DNA of 64,000 nt from Coriobacteriia bacterium (GTDB lineage Bacteria; Actinomycetota; Coriobacteriia; Anaerosomatales; JAJZPX01). The DNA is taken from NCBI GenBank assembly GCA_036504755.1, contig DASXUP010000007.1, positions 209,687-273,686 of the forward strand, read 5' to 3'. Positions 1 to 10,789 of the stretch are shown here, one piece after another. The notes under the pieces are model-generated. The model had not been told where the DNA came from. It saw only the letters and a list, made by a program, of their open reading frames with translations, and searched no databases. The translations under genes and the position numbers were made by a program. The stretch's first letter is position 1; every line of letters begins with the position of its first letter.

Positions 1-287
1 CAGGCGTTCAGTCCCAGGAACACGTCCATCGTCACGAACGCCACTCGCTTGTTGCCGTCGTTGAACGGGTGATCTCGCGCCAGTCCGAATCCATAGGCAG
101 CCGCAAGAGCAGCCAAGTCGCTCTTCGGCTCGTACGTGAATCTTTGCTTGGGTCGTGCCAGTGCGGACTCGAGTCCGTTCTCATCGCGCAGCCCCGGCAT
201 CCCGCCGTACGTTCGCACCAGGTCGAACTGAACGGCTTCTACCACCAGGCGCTCGACCCAGCGCGGCTCCCCCCGCTTCGGTCCCAT
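1..287 (-). CDS. doc: Doc (death-on-curing) Fic-family toxin; the C-terminal part runs off the window edge
   Basis: Absent from the ORF track because there is no stop inside the window. My minus-strand translation from the ATG at 287-285 reads MGPKRGEPRWVERLVVEAVQFDLVRTYGGMPGLRDENGLESALARPKQRF...ARDHPFNDGNKRVAF. It contains the Fic/Doc core HxFxDGNKR. The start lies 4 nt after the antitoxin stop (292-294). Confidence 0.8.
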   Translation of the reverse strand, partial: MGPKRGEPRWVERLVVEAVQFDLVRTYGGMPGLRDENGLESALARPKQRFTYEPKSDLAALAAAYGFGLARDHPFNDGNKRVAFVTMDVFLGLNA

Positions 288-291
288 GCGG

Positions 292-519
292 CTACTTCGC
301 CAGCTCGCGCATCGCGTTGCGGTACTTGCCCGCGACCTTCGCGGCGATCGCCAGCGCCTCTTCGGTGTCAGTATCGTAGGGGGTGAGCAGGATGCCGCGA
401 TCGGTCTCGACCGCCAGCACTGTGTCACCCGCGGCAAGGTGCAGCCGGTCAGCCATGTCCTTCGGGAGCGTCGCACTGATCGAGCCGCCTGCTTTGCGCA
501 GTTTGAGTCCGCGGGTCAT
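292..519 (-). CDS. AbrB/MazE/SpoVT-type antitoxin paired with Doc
   Basis: Track ORF 292..558. I trimmed it to the ATG at 519, which is preceded by GAGGAGGA 4-5 nt upstream. The N-terminus MTRGLKLRKAGGSISATLPKDMADRLHLAAGDTV matches the swapped-hairpin AbrB-like pattern. It is small (75 aa) and sits directly upstream of doc. Confidence 0.75.
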   Translation of the reverse strand: MTRGLKLRKAGGSISATLPKDMADRLHLAAGDTVLAVETDRGILLTPYDTDTEEALAIAAKVAGKYRNAMRELAK

Positions 520-551
520 GTAGTCCTCCTCGTCCGTGAGCCGCGAGCAGT

Positions 552-569
552 GTAGCACACAGATGCTAC
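552..569. promoter_or_regulatory. Inverted repeat GTAGCA-N6-TGCTAC, candidate operator of the TA promoter
   Basis: Perfect 6-bp arms read directly from the sequence, 33-50 nt upstream of the antitoxin start. AbrB-type antitoxins usually autoregulate through palindromic operators. Confidence 0.3.
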
Positions 570-641
570 TCTGAGCCGGCTAACACGCGCATCCAGCAGA
601 CTCGGCGCTCGCGCGCTATCCTCGGGTCGTAACGCATCGCT

Positions 642-670
642 GCGCCTCGCAGCTGATGCGCTAGACGTTA
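642..670 (+). repeat. Upstream copy of a 29-nt imperfect direct repeat flanking the UDG-like gene
   Basis: gcgcctcgcagctgatgcgctagacgtta matches gcgcctcacagctgacgcactgaacgttg (1559-1587) at 23 of 29 positions by my manual alignment, in the same orientation. Confidence 0.4.
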
Positions 671-691
671 GCCGGACCGAAGGAAGCGCGC

Positions 692-1495
692 GTGCAGAAC
701 GTTGGCCTTGCTGACATCAACTTCCGGGAAATCGTGGACTATGGCGGTCAGCCGGAAGTCCACAATCGGTACCCGCGTCCCCTGGCGTGCCGCGGCTACT
801 GCATCGACTGTGAGCAGTCCGGAGTTCTTCGCGAGGCCGGAGGCGAGCTCAGTCTCATGAGTCATGGCTGCGACTCAACGGACTTCCAGGCGGTTCTTGG
901 CCCCATGAACGTTGCTGGCTCCGGAGTGACGATGCCAGTCCTGTTCCTGCTCGAGAATCCCGGGGCTGACGACCGCTACCGGAACGGAACCGAAGTGGCG
1001 TTTCGTGGCTCCCGCAAGAAGCCTCCGGTGAATCACTACTATTGGACGCCCAGCGCCCGCCCTTGGCCGCACCAAGTCGCGGACTTCATCTACGATCCCC
1101 ACTTCTACGGCCCGTACTTCGCCTACCTAATGCAGCGGCACCGGTTGTTGGACGTCTACATCACGAACGTCGCGAAATGTAAGTGGACGCGGGCCGCCTC
1201 CGGCAAGGCCGGCGGTGGCGGCGCCTCTCTGGTCGCCCGCCACTGTTCGGAGCGCTTCCTCGAAAGGGAGTTCGAGATCTTCCGTCCGCGACTTGTGGTC
1301 TGTTTCGGCGGCAACGCAGAGCGTGGGTTTCGGGAGTTCTCCCGGCGCTTCGGACTTGATGCTGTGTCGATCACCCTGATTCATCCGGCCTTCATCAAGA
1401 ATCGGTCTCAGACGGACCCGCAGCGCCGCTCGAAGGAGCAGCTCTTCGCGGAGAATGACCATAGAATCGTTGAAGCGTTGACGCGGCTCGCCTGA
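692..1495 (+). CDS. Uracil-DNA glycosylase superfamily protein, atypical (family 4/5-like, possible Fe-S type)
   Basis: LFLLENPG sits where the GEAPG/GxNPG motif A occurs. ITNVAKC resembles the UDG4 motif. LIHPAF sits where motif B (HPS/HPA) occurs. N-terminal CRGYCIDC plus later Cys residues are reminiscent of UDG4 cluster ligands. GTG start at 692 with GAAGGAAG upstream. Confidence 0.6.
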   Translation: MQNVGLADINFREIVDYGGQPEVHNRYPRPLACRGYCIDCEQSGVLREAGGELSLMSHGCDSTDFQAVLGPMNVAGSGVTMPVLFLLENPGADDRYRNGTEVAFRGSRKKPPVNHYYWTPSARPWPHQVADFIYDPHFYGPYFAYLMQRHRLLDVYITNVAKCKWTRAASGKAGGGGASLVARHCSERFLEREFEIFRPRLVVCFGGNAERGFREFSRRFGLDAVSITLIHPAFIKNRSQTDPQRRSKEQLFAENDHRIVEALTRLA

Positions 1496-1546
1496 CTTCA
1501 AGTTTGAATCGCAACACTTCCGCTGAGAACGCCTACGCTCAGCTCG

Positions 1547-1626
1547 AGGCGCCACGCCGCGCCTCACAGCTGACGCACTGAACGTTGGGCAGACGTCGGC
1601 ACGAGCAAGGCGCCACGCCGCGCCTC
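1547..1626. repeat. Two copies of a 19-nt hairpin-forming element (aggcgccacgccgcgcctc) between convergent genes
   Basis: Identical 19-mers at 1547-1565 and 1608-1626. Each folds as GGCGC-loop(CACGCC)-GCGCC. They lie between the UDG-like stop (1495) and the DUF2769-like stop (1674). They are possible terminators or REP-like elements, but no clear U-tract follows. Confidence 0.5.
1559..1587 (+). repeat. Downstream copy of the 29-nt imperfect direct repeat flanking the UDG-like gene
   Basis: See 642-670: 23/29 identity in direct orientation. Confidence 0.4.
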
Positions 1627-1673
1627 GGACCCCAGTCCGGAGGGATGTCGGATTGACGCAGCGGCGGTGCCCG

Positions 1674-2066
1674 CTAACCTACTTGCGCGGCGCTGCCCTT
1701 GTTGCAGTACTTGGTGTTGTCGAGCTGGTTGTCGGTGTACACCGCGCAGGTCGGGCAGATGCAGCCTTTGGTGTAGTCGAGATCGCCGCAAGTCGCCGTC
1801 CCCGTTGAGCAGTACATCCCCGGCATGTCCTGGGCGGAAGGCAGCATCATCTCACCGTGTTGTTCGGACATGCCAGACATACCTCCTGACATTCCAGACA
1901 TGCCTTGCCCGCCCGCCATCATCGCGCGCATCTTCTCCATCATCCCGGACATCGCATGGACCTTGTCCATCGCACAAGCGCTCTCGCCTTGAACCGGACA
2001 GCTTGTGCACTGGCACTTCATGACGTTGTCCGCGTTGTACGCAACGGTCTTCATCTCGGTCTGCAT
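1674..2066 (-). CDS. Cys-rich, Met-rich small protein with two DUF2769-like CxCxxC(P) motifs
   Basis: Contains KCQCTSCPVQ and GCICPTCAVY, separated by a Met-rich linker (MSGMMEKMRAMMAGGQGMSGMSGGMSGMSEQHGEMM). AGGAGGAG lies directly upstream of the ATG at 2066. Confidence 0.6.
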   Translation of the reverse strand: MQTEMKTVAYNADNVMKCQCTSCPVQGESACAMDKVHAMSGMMEKMRAMMAGGQGMSGMSGGMSGMSEQHGEMMLPSAQDMPGMYCSTGTATCGDLDYTKGCICPTCAVYTDNQLDNTKYCNKGSAAQVG

Positions 2067-2159
2067 GGGCGATCTCCTCCTGCACTTCGTGGATGCGGCA
2101 GACTCGCTACTCCCGCTTCGCGGTCCTGCCCGACTGCACTAATCTACCCATCCCAGACC

Positions 2160-3053
2160 TCACCCCTCGAACTTGCCGAACCCCTCGCCGAGCACTTCGT
2201 GCACGTCGGTGATGATGACGAAAGCCTGCGGGTCGACCGCCCGCACGAGCGTCTTCAGCGGATCGAGCTCGCGGCGCGACACCACCGTGAAGATGACCTC
2301 GCGGTCGGTGCCGGTGTAGAGCCCGCGCGCGCGGAACGCCGTCGCACCTCGGCCGAGGTCGCTCAAGATCGCGTCGGCCACGGCGTCGGACGCGTCGGAG
2401 ATGATGTACGCCGCCTTGTTGACGGACAGGCCCTCCTGCACCAGGTCGATGGCGGCGCCGCTCACGAACACGGCCACGATGCCGTAGAGCGCGAGCGTGG
2501 GGCCGAACGCCAGCGCGGCCATCACCATGACGACGGCGTCGGCGGCGAGCATGAGCTGGCCGATGCCGAGCGACACGCGCCGCACGAGCAGCTGCGCGAT
2601 GATGTCGGTCCCGCCCGTGTTGCCGCCGGCCTTGAAGACGATGCCGAGGCCGAGGCCGGTGATCGCCCCGCCGTACAGCGCGGCGAGCAGGGGGTCCGTC
2701 GTCGCGAGCGGCCGGATGAACGGGGCGCCGAAGTCGATCGCGAGCGACAGCGCGACCGTACCGTACACCGTCCTGGCGAGGTAGCGCCAGCCGCGCATGC
2801 GCAGCGCGAGTACGAGCAGCGCGACGTTGAGCACGAGCATGACGACGCCGACCGGGAGGGTGACGACCGGTGCGGCCACGTAGTGCACGATGGTCGCGAG
2901 GCCGGAGACGCCGCCAGCCGCCAGCCGGTTCGGGATGAGGAACGCGTCGAGCCCGTAGGCGGTGACCAGCGTGCCGAGCGTGATGAGCGTGTAGTCGCGG
3001 GCGCGACGGCTTCGCAGCACGCGTCCGGGAAGCCTGCGCACCTCGGCGTTCAT
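2160..3053 (-). CDS. YitT-family membrane protein (C-terminal DUF2179-like domain)
   Basis: ITLGTLVTAYGLDAFLIPNRLAAGGVSGLATIVHY is the typical YitT N-terminal signature. There are multiple TM segments and a soluble C-terminal domain. Confidence 0.8.
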   Translation of the reverse strand: MNAEVRRLPGRVLRSRRARDYTLITLGTLVTAYGLDAFLIPNRLAAGGVSGLATIVHYVAAPVVTLPVGVVMLVLNVALLVLALRMRGWRYLARTVYGTVALSLAIDFGAPFIRPLATTDPLLAALYGGAITGLGLGIVFKAGGNTGGTDIIAQLLVRRVSLGIGQLMLAADAVVMVMAALAFGPTLALYGIVAVFVSGAAIDLVQEGLSVNKAAYIISDASDAVADAILSDLGRGATAFRARGLYTGTDREVIFTVVSRRELDPLKTLVRAVDPQAFVIITDVHEVLGEGFGKFEG

Positions 3054-3079
3054 CGATCCGCCCCCGCCTGCAGCGGCAT

Positions 3080-4204
3080 CTACCCCGTCACCTTCGCTTC
3101 AGGCTCGCCGCTCACCCGCCAGCGGTGGTACGCGACGACGAACTCGTCAAGCCCGCCGTCGAGCACTGCCGAGATGTTGCCCGTCTCGATGCCGGTGCGG
3201 ACGTCCTTGACCATCTGGTAGGGGTACAGCACGTAGCTGCGGATCTGGCTCCCGAAGGCGATGTCCTGCTTCTCGCCGCGCAGACTCTCAAGCTCAGCTT
3301 GACGCCTAGCTTTTTCCAGCTCGTACAGGCGCGACCGCAGGATCTTCATCGCGGCGTCCTTGTTCTTGAGCTGGCTCTTCTCGTTCTGCACGGTGACGAC
3401 GATGCCGGAAGGGATGTGCGTAAGACGCACGGCCGAGTCCGTGGTGTTGACCGACTGCCCTCCCGGGCCGCTCGAGCGGTAGACGTCGACCCGCAGGTCC
3501 TCGTCCCTGATGTCGATCACGATCTCGTCGGGCAGCACCGGCAGCACGTCCACCTTCGCGAACGTGGTGTGCCGCCGCTTCTTCTCGTCCGTCGGCGATA
3601 TCCGTACGAGACGGTGGACGCCCTGCTCGGAAGTCAGAGTCCCATAGGCATCGCGGCCGTGCACGGTGAACACGGCTCGCTCGATCCCGACCTCCTCGCC
3701 GCGCGGGGCGTCGTGCAGGTCGACCTTCCAGCGCCGCGACTCGGCGTACTTCGTGAGCATTCGCAGCAGCATCTCGGCCCAGTCCTGGCTCTCGAGTCCA
3801 CCGGCACCGGGGATGATCGTGACGATGGCGTCGCCGTGGTCGAACTCCCCGGTGAACCAGCTCGCCAGCTCCAGCCCGTCGATGCGCTTCTTAAGCACCG
3901 CGAGCCCGCGCTCTATCTCCGCCGAGGTGTCCTCGTCGTCCTCCGACACCGCGAGTTCGTTCAGCACCTCGAGGTCTTCCAGCTCGAGGCGCACAGAAGC
4001 GTACGTCTCGATCTCGTCGCGCAGCTCCGAGGCGGTCGCCATCGTCTGCTGCGCGAGCGACTGGTCGTCCCAGAAGCCGGGCTCGGCGGCCTTCGCCTCG
4101 AGCGACGCCACCTCGGCGCGCTTCTCGTCCAGATGCAGATACTCGCCGATGCGGGTGATGCGCTCTCGGACAACGCCGATCTCTGTCGCGCGGTCCTCGG
4201 CCAT
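3080..4204 (-). CDS. prfB: Peptide chain release factor 2, encoded without a programmed frameshift; SPT replaces the SPF tripeptide
   Basis: GGQ motif present ([24 protein letters not shown]). RF2-type N-terminus LHLDEKRAEVASLEAKAAEPGFWDD. I trimmed the track ORF (3080..4279) to the ATG at 4204 (MAEDRATEIG), 2 nt after the secA stop. The frame is continuous, so there is no in-frame TGA recoding site. Confidence 0.9.
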   Translation of the reverse strand: MAEDRATEIGVVRERITRIGEYLHLDEKRAEVASLEAKAAEPGFWDDQSLAQQTMATASELRDEIETYASVRLELEDLEVLNELAVSEDDEDTSAEIERGLAVLKKRIDGLELASWFTGEFDHGDAIVTIIPGAGGLESQDWAEMLLRMLTKYAESRRWKVDLHDAPRGEEVGIERAVFTVHGRDAYGTLTSEQGVHRLVRISPTDEKKRRHTTFAKVDVLPVLPDEIVIDIRDEDLRVDVYRSSGPGGQSVNTTDSAVRLTHIPSGIVVTVQNEKSQLKNKDAAMKILRSRLYELEKARRQAELESLRGEKQDIAFGSQIRSYVLYPYQMVKDVRTGIETGNISAVLDGGLDEFVVAYHRWRVSGEPEAKVTG

Positions 4205-4205
4205 C

Positions 4206-6965
<2,760 letters not shown>

Positions 6966-7103
6966 GTGTGGTTCCTACCTCTGGGTGAACGGGATGAAGC
7001 GGAGGGAAAACCCGGTAGATTCTAGCACGAGCCCCCCGGGGCGGGCGCCGCTGAGCGCCTCGCCATGATGAGCAAACGACCTGCCGACGTGCGGTGCGCA
7101 AAG

Positions 7104-7134
7104 GGCCGGAGGAGCGGCTTTCGCTCCCCCGGCC
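7104..7134 (-). terminator. Stem-loop in the 390-nt gap between the regulator stop and the secA start (possible terminator)
   Basis: ggccggaggagcg / cgctcccccggcc forms a 13-bp stem with one mismatch and a 5-nt loop. On the minus strand it is followed by CCCTTTGCGC, which is a weak U-tract. Confidence 0.3.
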
Positions 7135-7356
7135 TCCGGCTGCCGCGCTGACCCGTGATACCCGGAAGGTCGTACCGCCTTGTGGCTCCGTCTGGTGCCC
7201 CTCAGGAGTCTCCCGTCTCCTCACCGTCCGAGCCTCGGCCACGACGCGCCCGCATCGTCCCTCGTCAGGAGGTCTCACCGACCACCCGGCTGCCGGTCGT
7301 CCAAAAGAGGACACGCCGAGCGTACGGGGTGGACCTAAGCCGGCGCTTACCCGTTC

Positions 7357-10300
7357 CTATACCGAGTAGCCCTCCTCGGCAGAGTGCTCCATCGCCAGCA
7401 CGCGCTCGTACAGCTTGCGCGTCTCGGCCGAAGGGTCCAATCCGAGGTCGTCCGAGAGTTTGCGCATGCAGGTCATGTAGGTGTCTATCGCCGCGCTCCG
7501 CTGGCCGACGGCGATCTGACACCGCAATGCCGCCTGGTAGAGGTCCTCGCGCCACGCGTCGTGCGACAGTGCCGTCCGGACCATCTCGAGCGCGGCGACG
7601 TGACTCCCGTCCTCCTCGAGAACACGCGCGGCCCGCAACATGCCGTCGCCGAACTCCTGACGGCAGCGCTCCCTGAGCGGCGCGAACCAGTCGTCGTAGA
7701 TGTCCCCGGGCAGCAAGTCCCCGCGATAGATGTCCGCAAGCCGATGGGCGGCCGAGGAGATCGCGTCGCGGTCGCCCACGCCTTCGCCGCGGCGGATCTC
7801 GGAAAGCGACCGCTCGAAATCGTCGAGATCGCTGGTAACCAGCAGGTCGTCGAGCCGGCAGACCCCTCCGGCCGTCCTCGCATACGGGAGCGCCTGACCC
7901 TTCGGAAGGTCGGGGCACAGGGCGTTCTTCATGTTGTTCCAGACGACGTAGAAGTTCGCGACCGCGCGCTGCGCATCCATCTCGGGCCAAAGGTACTCGA
8001 GCAGCTGCTCGCGCGGGACGTCCCTACCTTTGCGCACGACCAGCATCGCGAACAGCAGGCGCGCCTTCCTCTTGCGCCAGGCGGCGTCGGCGACGCGCGA
8101 TCCCGCGATCTCTACCTCGAGTCCCCCGAAGAGTCGAACACGACACACGGAAGCAGTTTCCGGTTCGGCCGAGAGCTTGTCGAGCTCGCTCTCCCCCAGC
8201 AGACGTGTGGCAAGCGTTCGCCACTCGTCCTCGGGCAAGACGTCGCGCGCTATGGGAAGCGCCTTCTCTGCGTTCTCCGGGAGGATCATGCGAAGCAGGT
8301 GCGCCGGAATGCGATCGGCGCCCACGGCTGCCGCGACGATCCCCAGGAGTCCCGGGAACGCACGGATGTACATCGCCGTGACCCAATTGCCGTTGCCGGA
8401 GAGGATGTAGTCGACAGAGGCGACAAGGGCATCTGTCGCGACGGCGAACTCTCCTGCCTGTCTTGCTCTTTCGGCCAGCACAAGTCGCGCGTCGAGACAG
8501 GGCTGAGCAGCTACACCTGCGGCTCTCAACACACCTTCTGCATAGGTTCCCGCCGCAGAAGGGTCACCGAGCGCCAGCAAGTTCGCTGCGAGTTCCGCCT
8601 CGGCAAGCCATTTGCCGTGAACCATGTACACGGACTGGAGGAACTCCCGCGCAGCCTCTGAGTCAGCGAAGGCTCCGTCCAAGTCACCCGCAGCGCGACG
8701 CCAGGCTGATCGCTCTGCTCGCAGATAGTGAGCGTCGCACTCGTCCCTTTCCTCGGCCCTCCCGATTGCGAGGGCTGCGTCTGACTCCGCCGCCCGATAG
8801 TCTCCCAGCCCGGCAAGGATAGAAGCCCTACTGCCCAACCATGCCTGGCGCCAAGCGTTCGAGGAGTATGAATCCGATTGGGCAAGTACTTCATTGATCA
8901 ACTCCAGAGCGCTGTGCAGGGACCCCCGATGACACATTGCCAAGGCCGCATTGCCCATCGAAGGCAGCCGAGTCTCTGGCGAGCAACTCGTGCTTCGCAT
9001 GTGACGCGAGAACAGGGATAGTCCTCTGGCAAAGTCACCCAATAGCGTGCAGCAGTAGAAGCCGGTCGCTCCATCCTTGTAGGCGTTCGCTCTATCAGAG
9101 AGGGGCTCTCCGGCCTCTTCGAGAAGCCTCGCCTGCCCGAAGAATTGCTCTGCAGCTTCGCCATCTCCCAAGTGTGTGCTTGCGAGGCCGAGGTTAGTCC
9201 AGAGAAGGAGCCTCCCGTCTGGGTCGGACCCAAGTTGAGCATTGGACGCCACCGGTTCGAGCACCTCACGCGCTTGCCTAGCATCCCCAGACGCTAACAA
9301 TGCGCGGCCGAGCAGGAGCGTGGCGGCGAGTGACGTCGAGTCCTTTGCTGCATAGTGGGCCAAGTCGGCGGCGATTCTCGCTTTGCTCGCCGCCTCCCTA
9401 TAGTTGCCAAGATACTGTTCGAGCTGCGCGTGCAGCAGCAACAGAGCTGGTCGCTGAACCAATACCTCGACGCGAGTCGACTCGAGCGCACGGCGCAAGA
9501 GACTGGCGCCGCCGACGTCCAACAAGCGCCGACCATGCTGCTCGAGAAGTCCCGGCAGATTGGCAACTTCCGGAAATAGGAGAGCAAGCTCGAATAGACG
9601 TGAGTACTCTCCTCTCGACGCCAAGATTCCGAGAGCCCGCTGAGTGCATTCCTCGAACCCACACGGTTTGGTGCCCTCGCTCTTCGCGAATACCGCGCGT
9701 CCGAGGTCATGCATGTCGAACTCAAGAGTCCCGGTCTCGCTCCGAGCAACCCGGATTAAGGGGATGCACTCAGACAACTGTCGTAGCTCCGATTGGGAGA
9801 AGGGCTGGTCCAACACGGCCTGAATGTCATTCGCAGTCCCGGTGGACAAGAGCGACGCGGCTGTCAATCCACTTCGTTGCAGAGGACTGAGGTGAGTCGC
9901 TGCGAGGTACTGAAGCTGTTGTCTTAGGTGGCTGGCTGGCGCGACCGAAGAGGCTGGTGCTGCGACACGCAGGCGGTGATGGCGGGCCAGCACCGCGAAG
10001 AGGGCTGCGTGTCCAGAGCAGCTGGAGAGGAGGCCGCGAACAGTCGTTGGCTCAAGGTCGCTGCCATAGAGGCGGCGCGCCAACTCGTCACCCTCCTCCT
10101 GGCTCAGCCTGAGATCGTCGGCCTCCAGCAACCACCCTGTCCCGACCCCTTGTGGCACTTCCCCCATCTTCCAACTCGTTACGATTAGACAATGATCCGC
10201 TGAGGCCGCCCGAGAGAGAATCTGCCGGATGCGCGACAACGCAGACCAGTCGTTCAACTCCGCCAGATTGTCGATTACCAGACAGGTGTTTCGTCCCCAA

Positions 10301-10650
10301 ATCCTATCGAGAATTTTGTACAGGCTATTCTCGACGTCGTCCGCAGACTTGCGAGGAAGCAGAAGATCTGATTGCCCCACATCAGTGACTGGAGAATCCA
10401 ACTCCGCAACCACGAACTCGAGCAGCTGTTGACCCCTCAGCTCCTGCCCGCGCCCGTCAATCCACACAACCGTTTGGAATCTCTCAGTGCGGGCTAGCTG
10501 CGCCGCGAGCACGGTCTTCCCGTACCCGGACGGTGCCACCAGAAACACCTCCGTTGGTGTGTCTCGAAGAAAGGCGTCGACGAGACGCCACCGAGGCACG
10601 CTCTGCCCGAGAGCGGGCAGGCGTCCGCTCACACCTATCCCATCCTGCAT
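7357..10650 (-). CDS. Large STAND-type regulator: N-terminal P-loop ATPase, central TPR-like repeats, C-terminal SARP (winged-helix plus BTAD) DNA-binding module
   Basis: Walker A VAPSGYGKTV and Walker B-like CLVIDNL. A long helical-repeat middle region follows. The C-terminus RVRLFGGLEVEIAGSRV...KARLLFAMLVVRKGRDVPREQLLEYLWPE ... WREDLYQAALRCQIAVGQRSAAIDTYMTCMRKLSDDLGLDPSAETRKLYERVL is typical OmpR-type wHTH plus BTAD of the SARP/AfsR family. Confidence 0.8.
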   Translation of the reverse strand: MQDGIGVSGRLPALGQSVPRWRLVDAFLRDTPTEVFLVAPSGYGKTVLAAQLARTERFQTVVWIDGRGQELRGQQLLEFVVAELDSPVTDVGQSDLLLPRKSADDVENSLYKILDRIWGRNTCLVIDNLAELNDWSALSRIRQILSRAASADHCLIVTSWKMGEVPQGVGTGWLLEADDLRLSQEEGDELARRLYGSDLEPTTVRGLLSSCSGHAALFAVLARHHRLRVAAPASSVAPASHLRQQLQYLAATHLSPLQRSGLTAASLLSTGTANDIQAVLDQPFSQSELRQLSECIPLIRVARSETGTLEFDMHDLGRAVFAKSEGTKPCGFEECTQRALGILASRGEYSRLFELALLFPEVANLPGLLEQHGRRLLDVGGASLLRRALESTRVEVLVQRPALLLLHAQLEQYLGNYREAASKARIAADLAHYAAKDSTSLAATLLLGRALLASGDARQAREVLEPVASNAQLGSDPDGRLLLWTNLGLASTHLGDGEAAEQFFGQARLLEEAGEPLSDRANAYKDGATGFYCCTLLGDFARGLSLFSRHMRSTSCSPETRLPSMGNAALAMCHRGSLHSALELINEVLAQSDSYSSNAWRQAWLGSRASILAGLGDYRAAESDAALAIGRAEERDECDAHYLRAERSAWRRAAGDLDGAFADSEAAREFLQSVYMVHGKWLAEAELAANLLALGDPSAAGTYAEGVLRAAGVAAQPCLDARLVLAERARQAGEFAVATDALVASVDYILSGNGNWVTAMYIRAFPGLLGIVAAAVGADRIPAHLLRMILPENAEKALPIARDVLPEDEWRTLATRLLGESELDKLSAEPETASVCRVRLFGGLEVEIAGSRVADAAWRKRKARLLFAMLVVRKGRDVPREQLLEYLWPEMDAQRAVANFYVVWNNMKNALCPDLPKGQALPYARTAGGVCRLDDLLVTSDLDDFERSLSEIRRGEGVGDRDAISSAAHRLADIYRGDLLPGDIYDDWFAPLRERCRQEFGDGMLRAARVLEEDGSHVAALEMVRTALSHDAWREDLYQAALRCQIAVGQRSAAIDTYMTCMRKLSDDLGLDPSAETRKLYERVLAMEHSAEEGYSV

Positions 10651-10789
10651 TTGGGGCTACGCCTCCAAGTCCCGAAACCTGAGGGGCACCGGGTTTCTTT
10701 GAACTTCGGCCAAGGGACGCGCGTTCCTGCCAAGTCACCACTCAGGATTCGTAATCCTTTGAAACGCCCCGGGTTCCGCGTCGGCTCGA

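Noticed and set aside
1559-1600. Integron attC-like site (GTTGGGC resembles the GTTRRRY core) downstream of the UDG-like gene.
   Set aside because: There is no integrase and no matching inverse core (RYYYAAC) pairing that I could find. The upstream copy reads GTTAGCC, which violates the consensus. It is more simply an imperfect repeat or terminator region.
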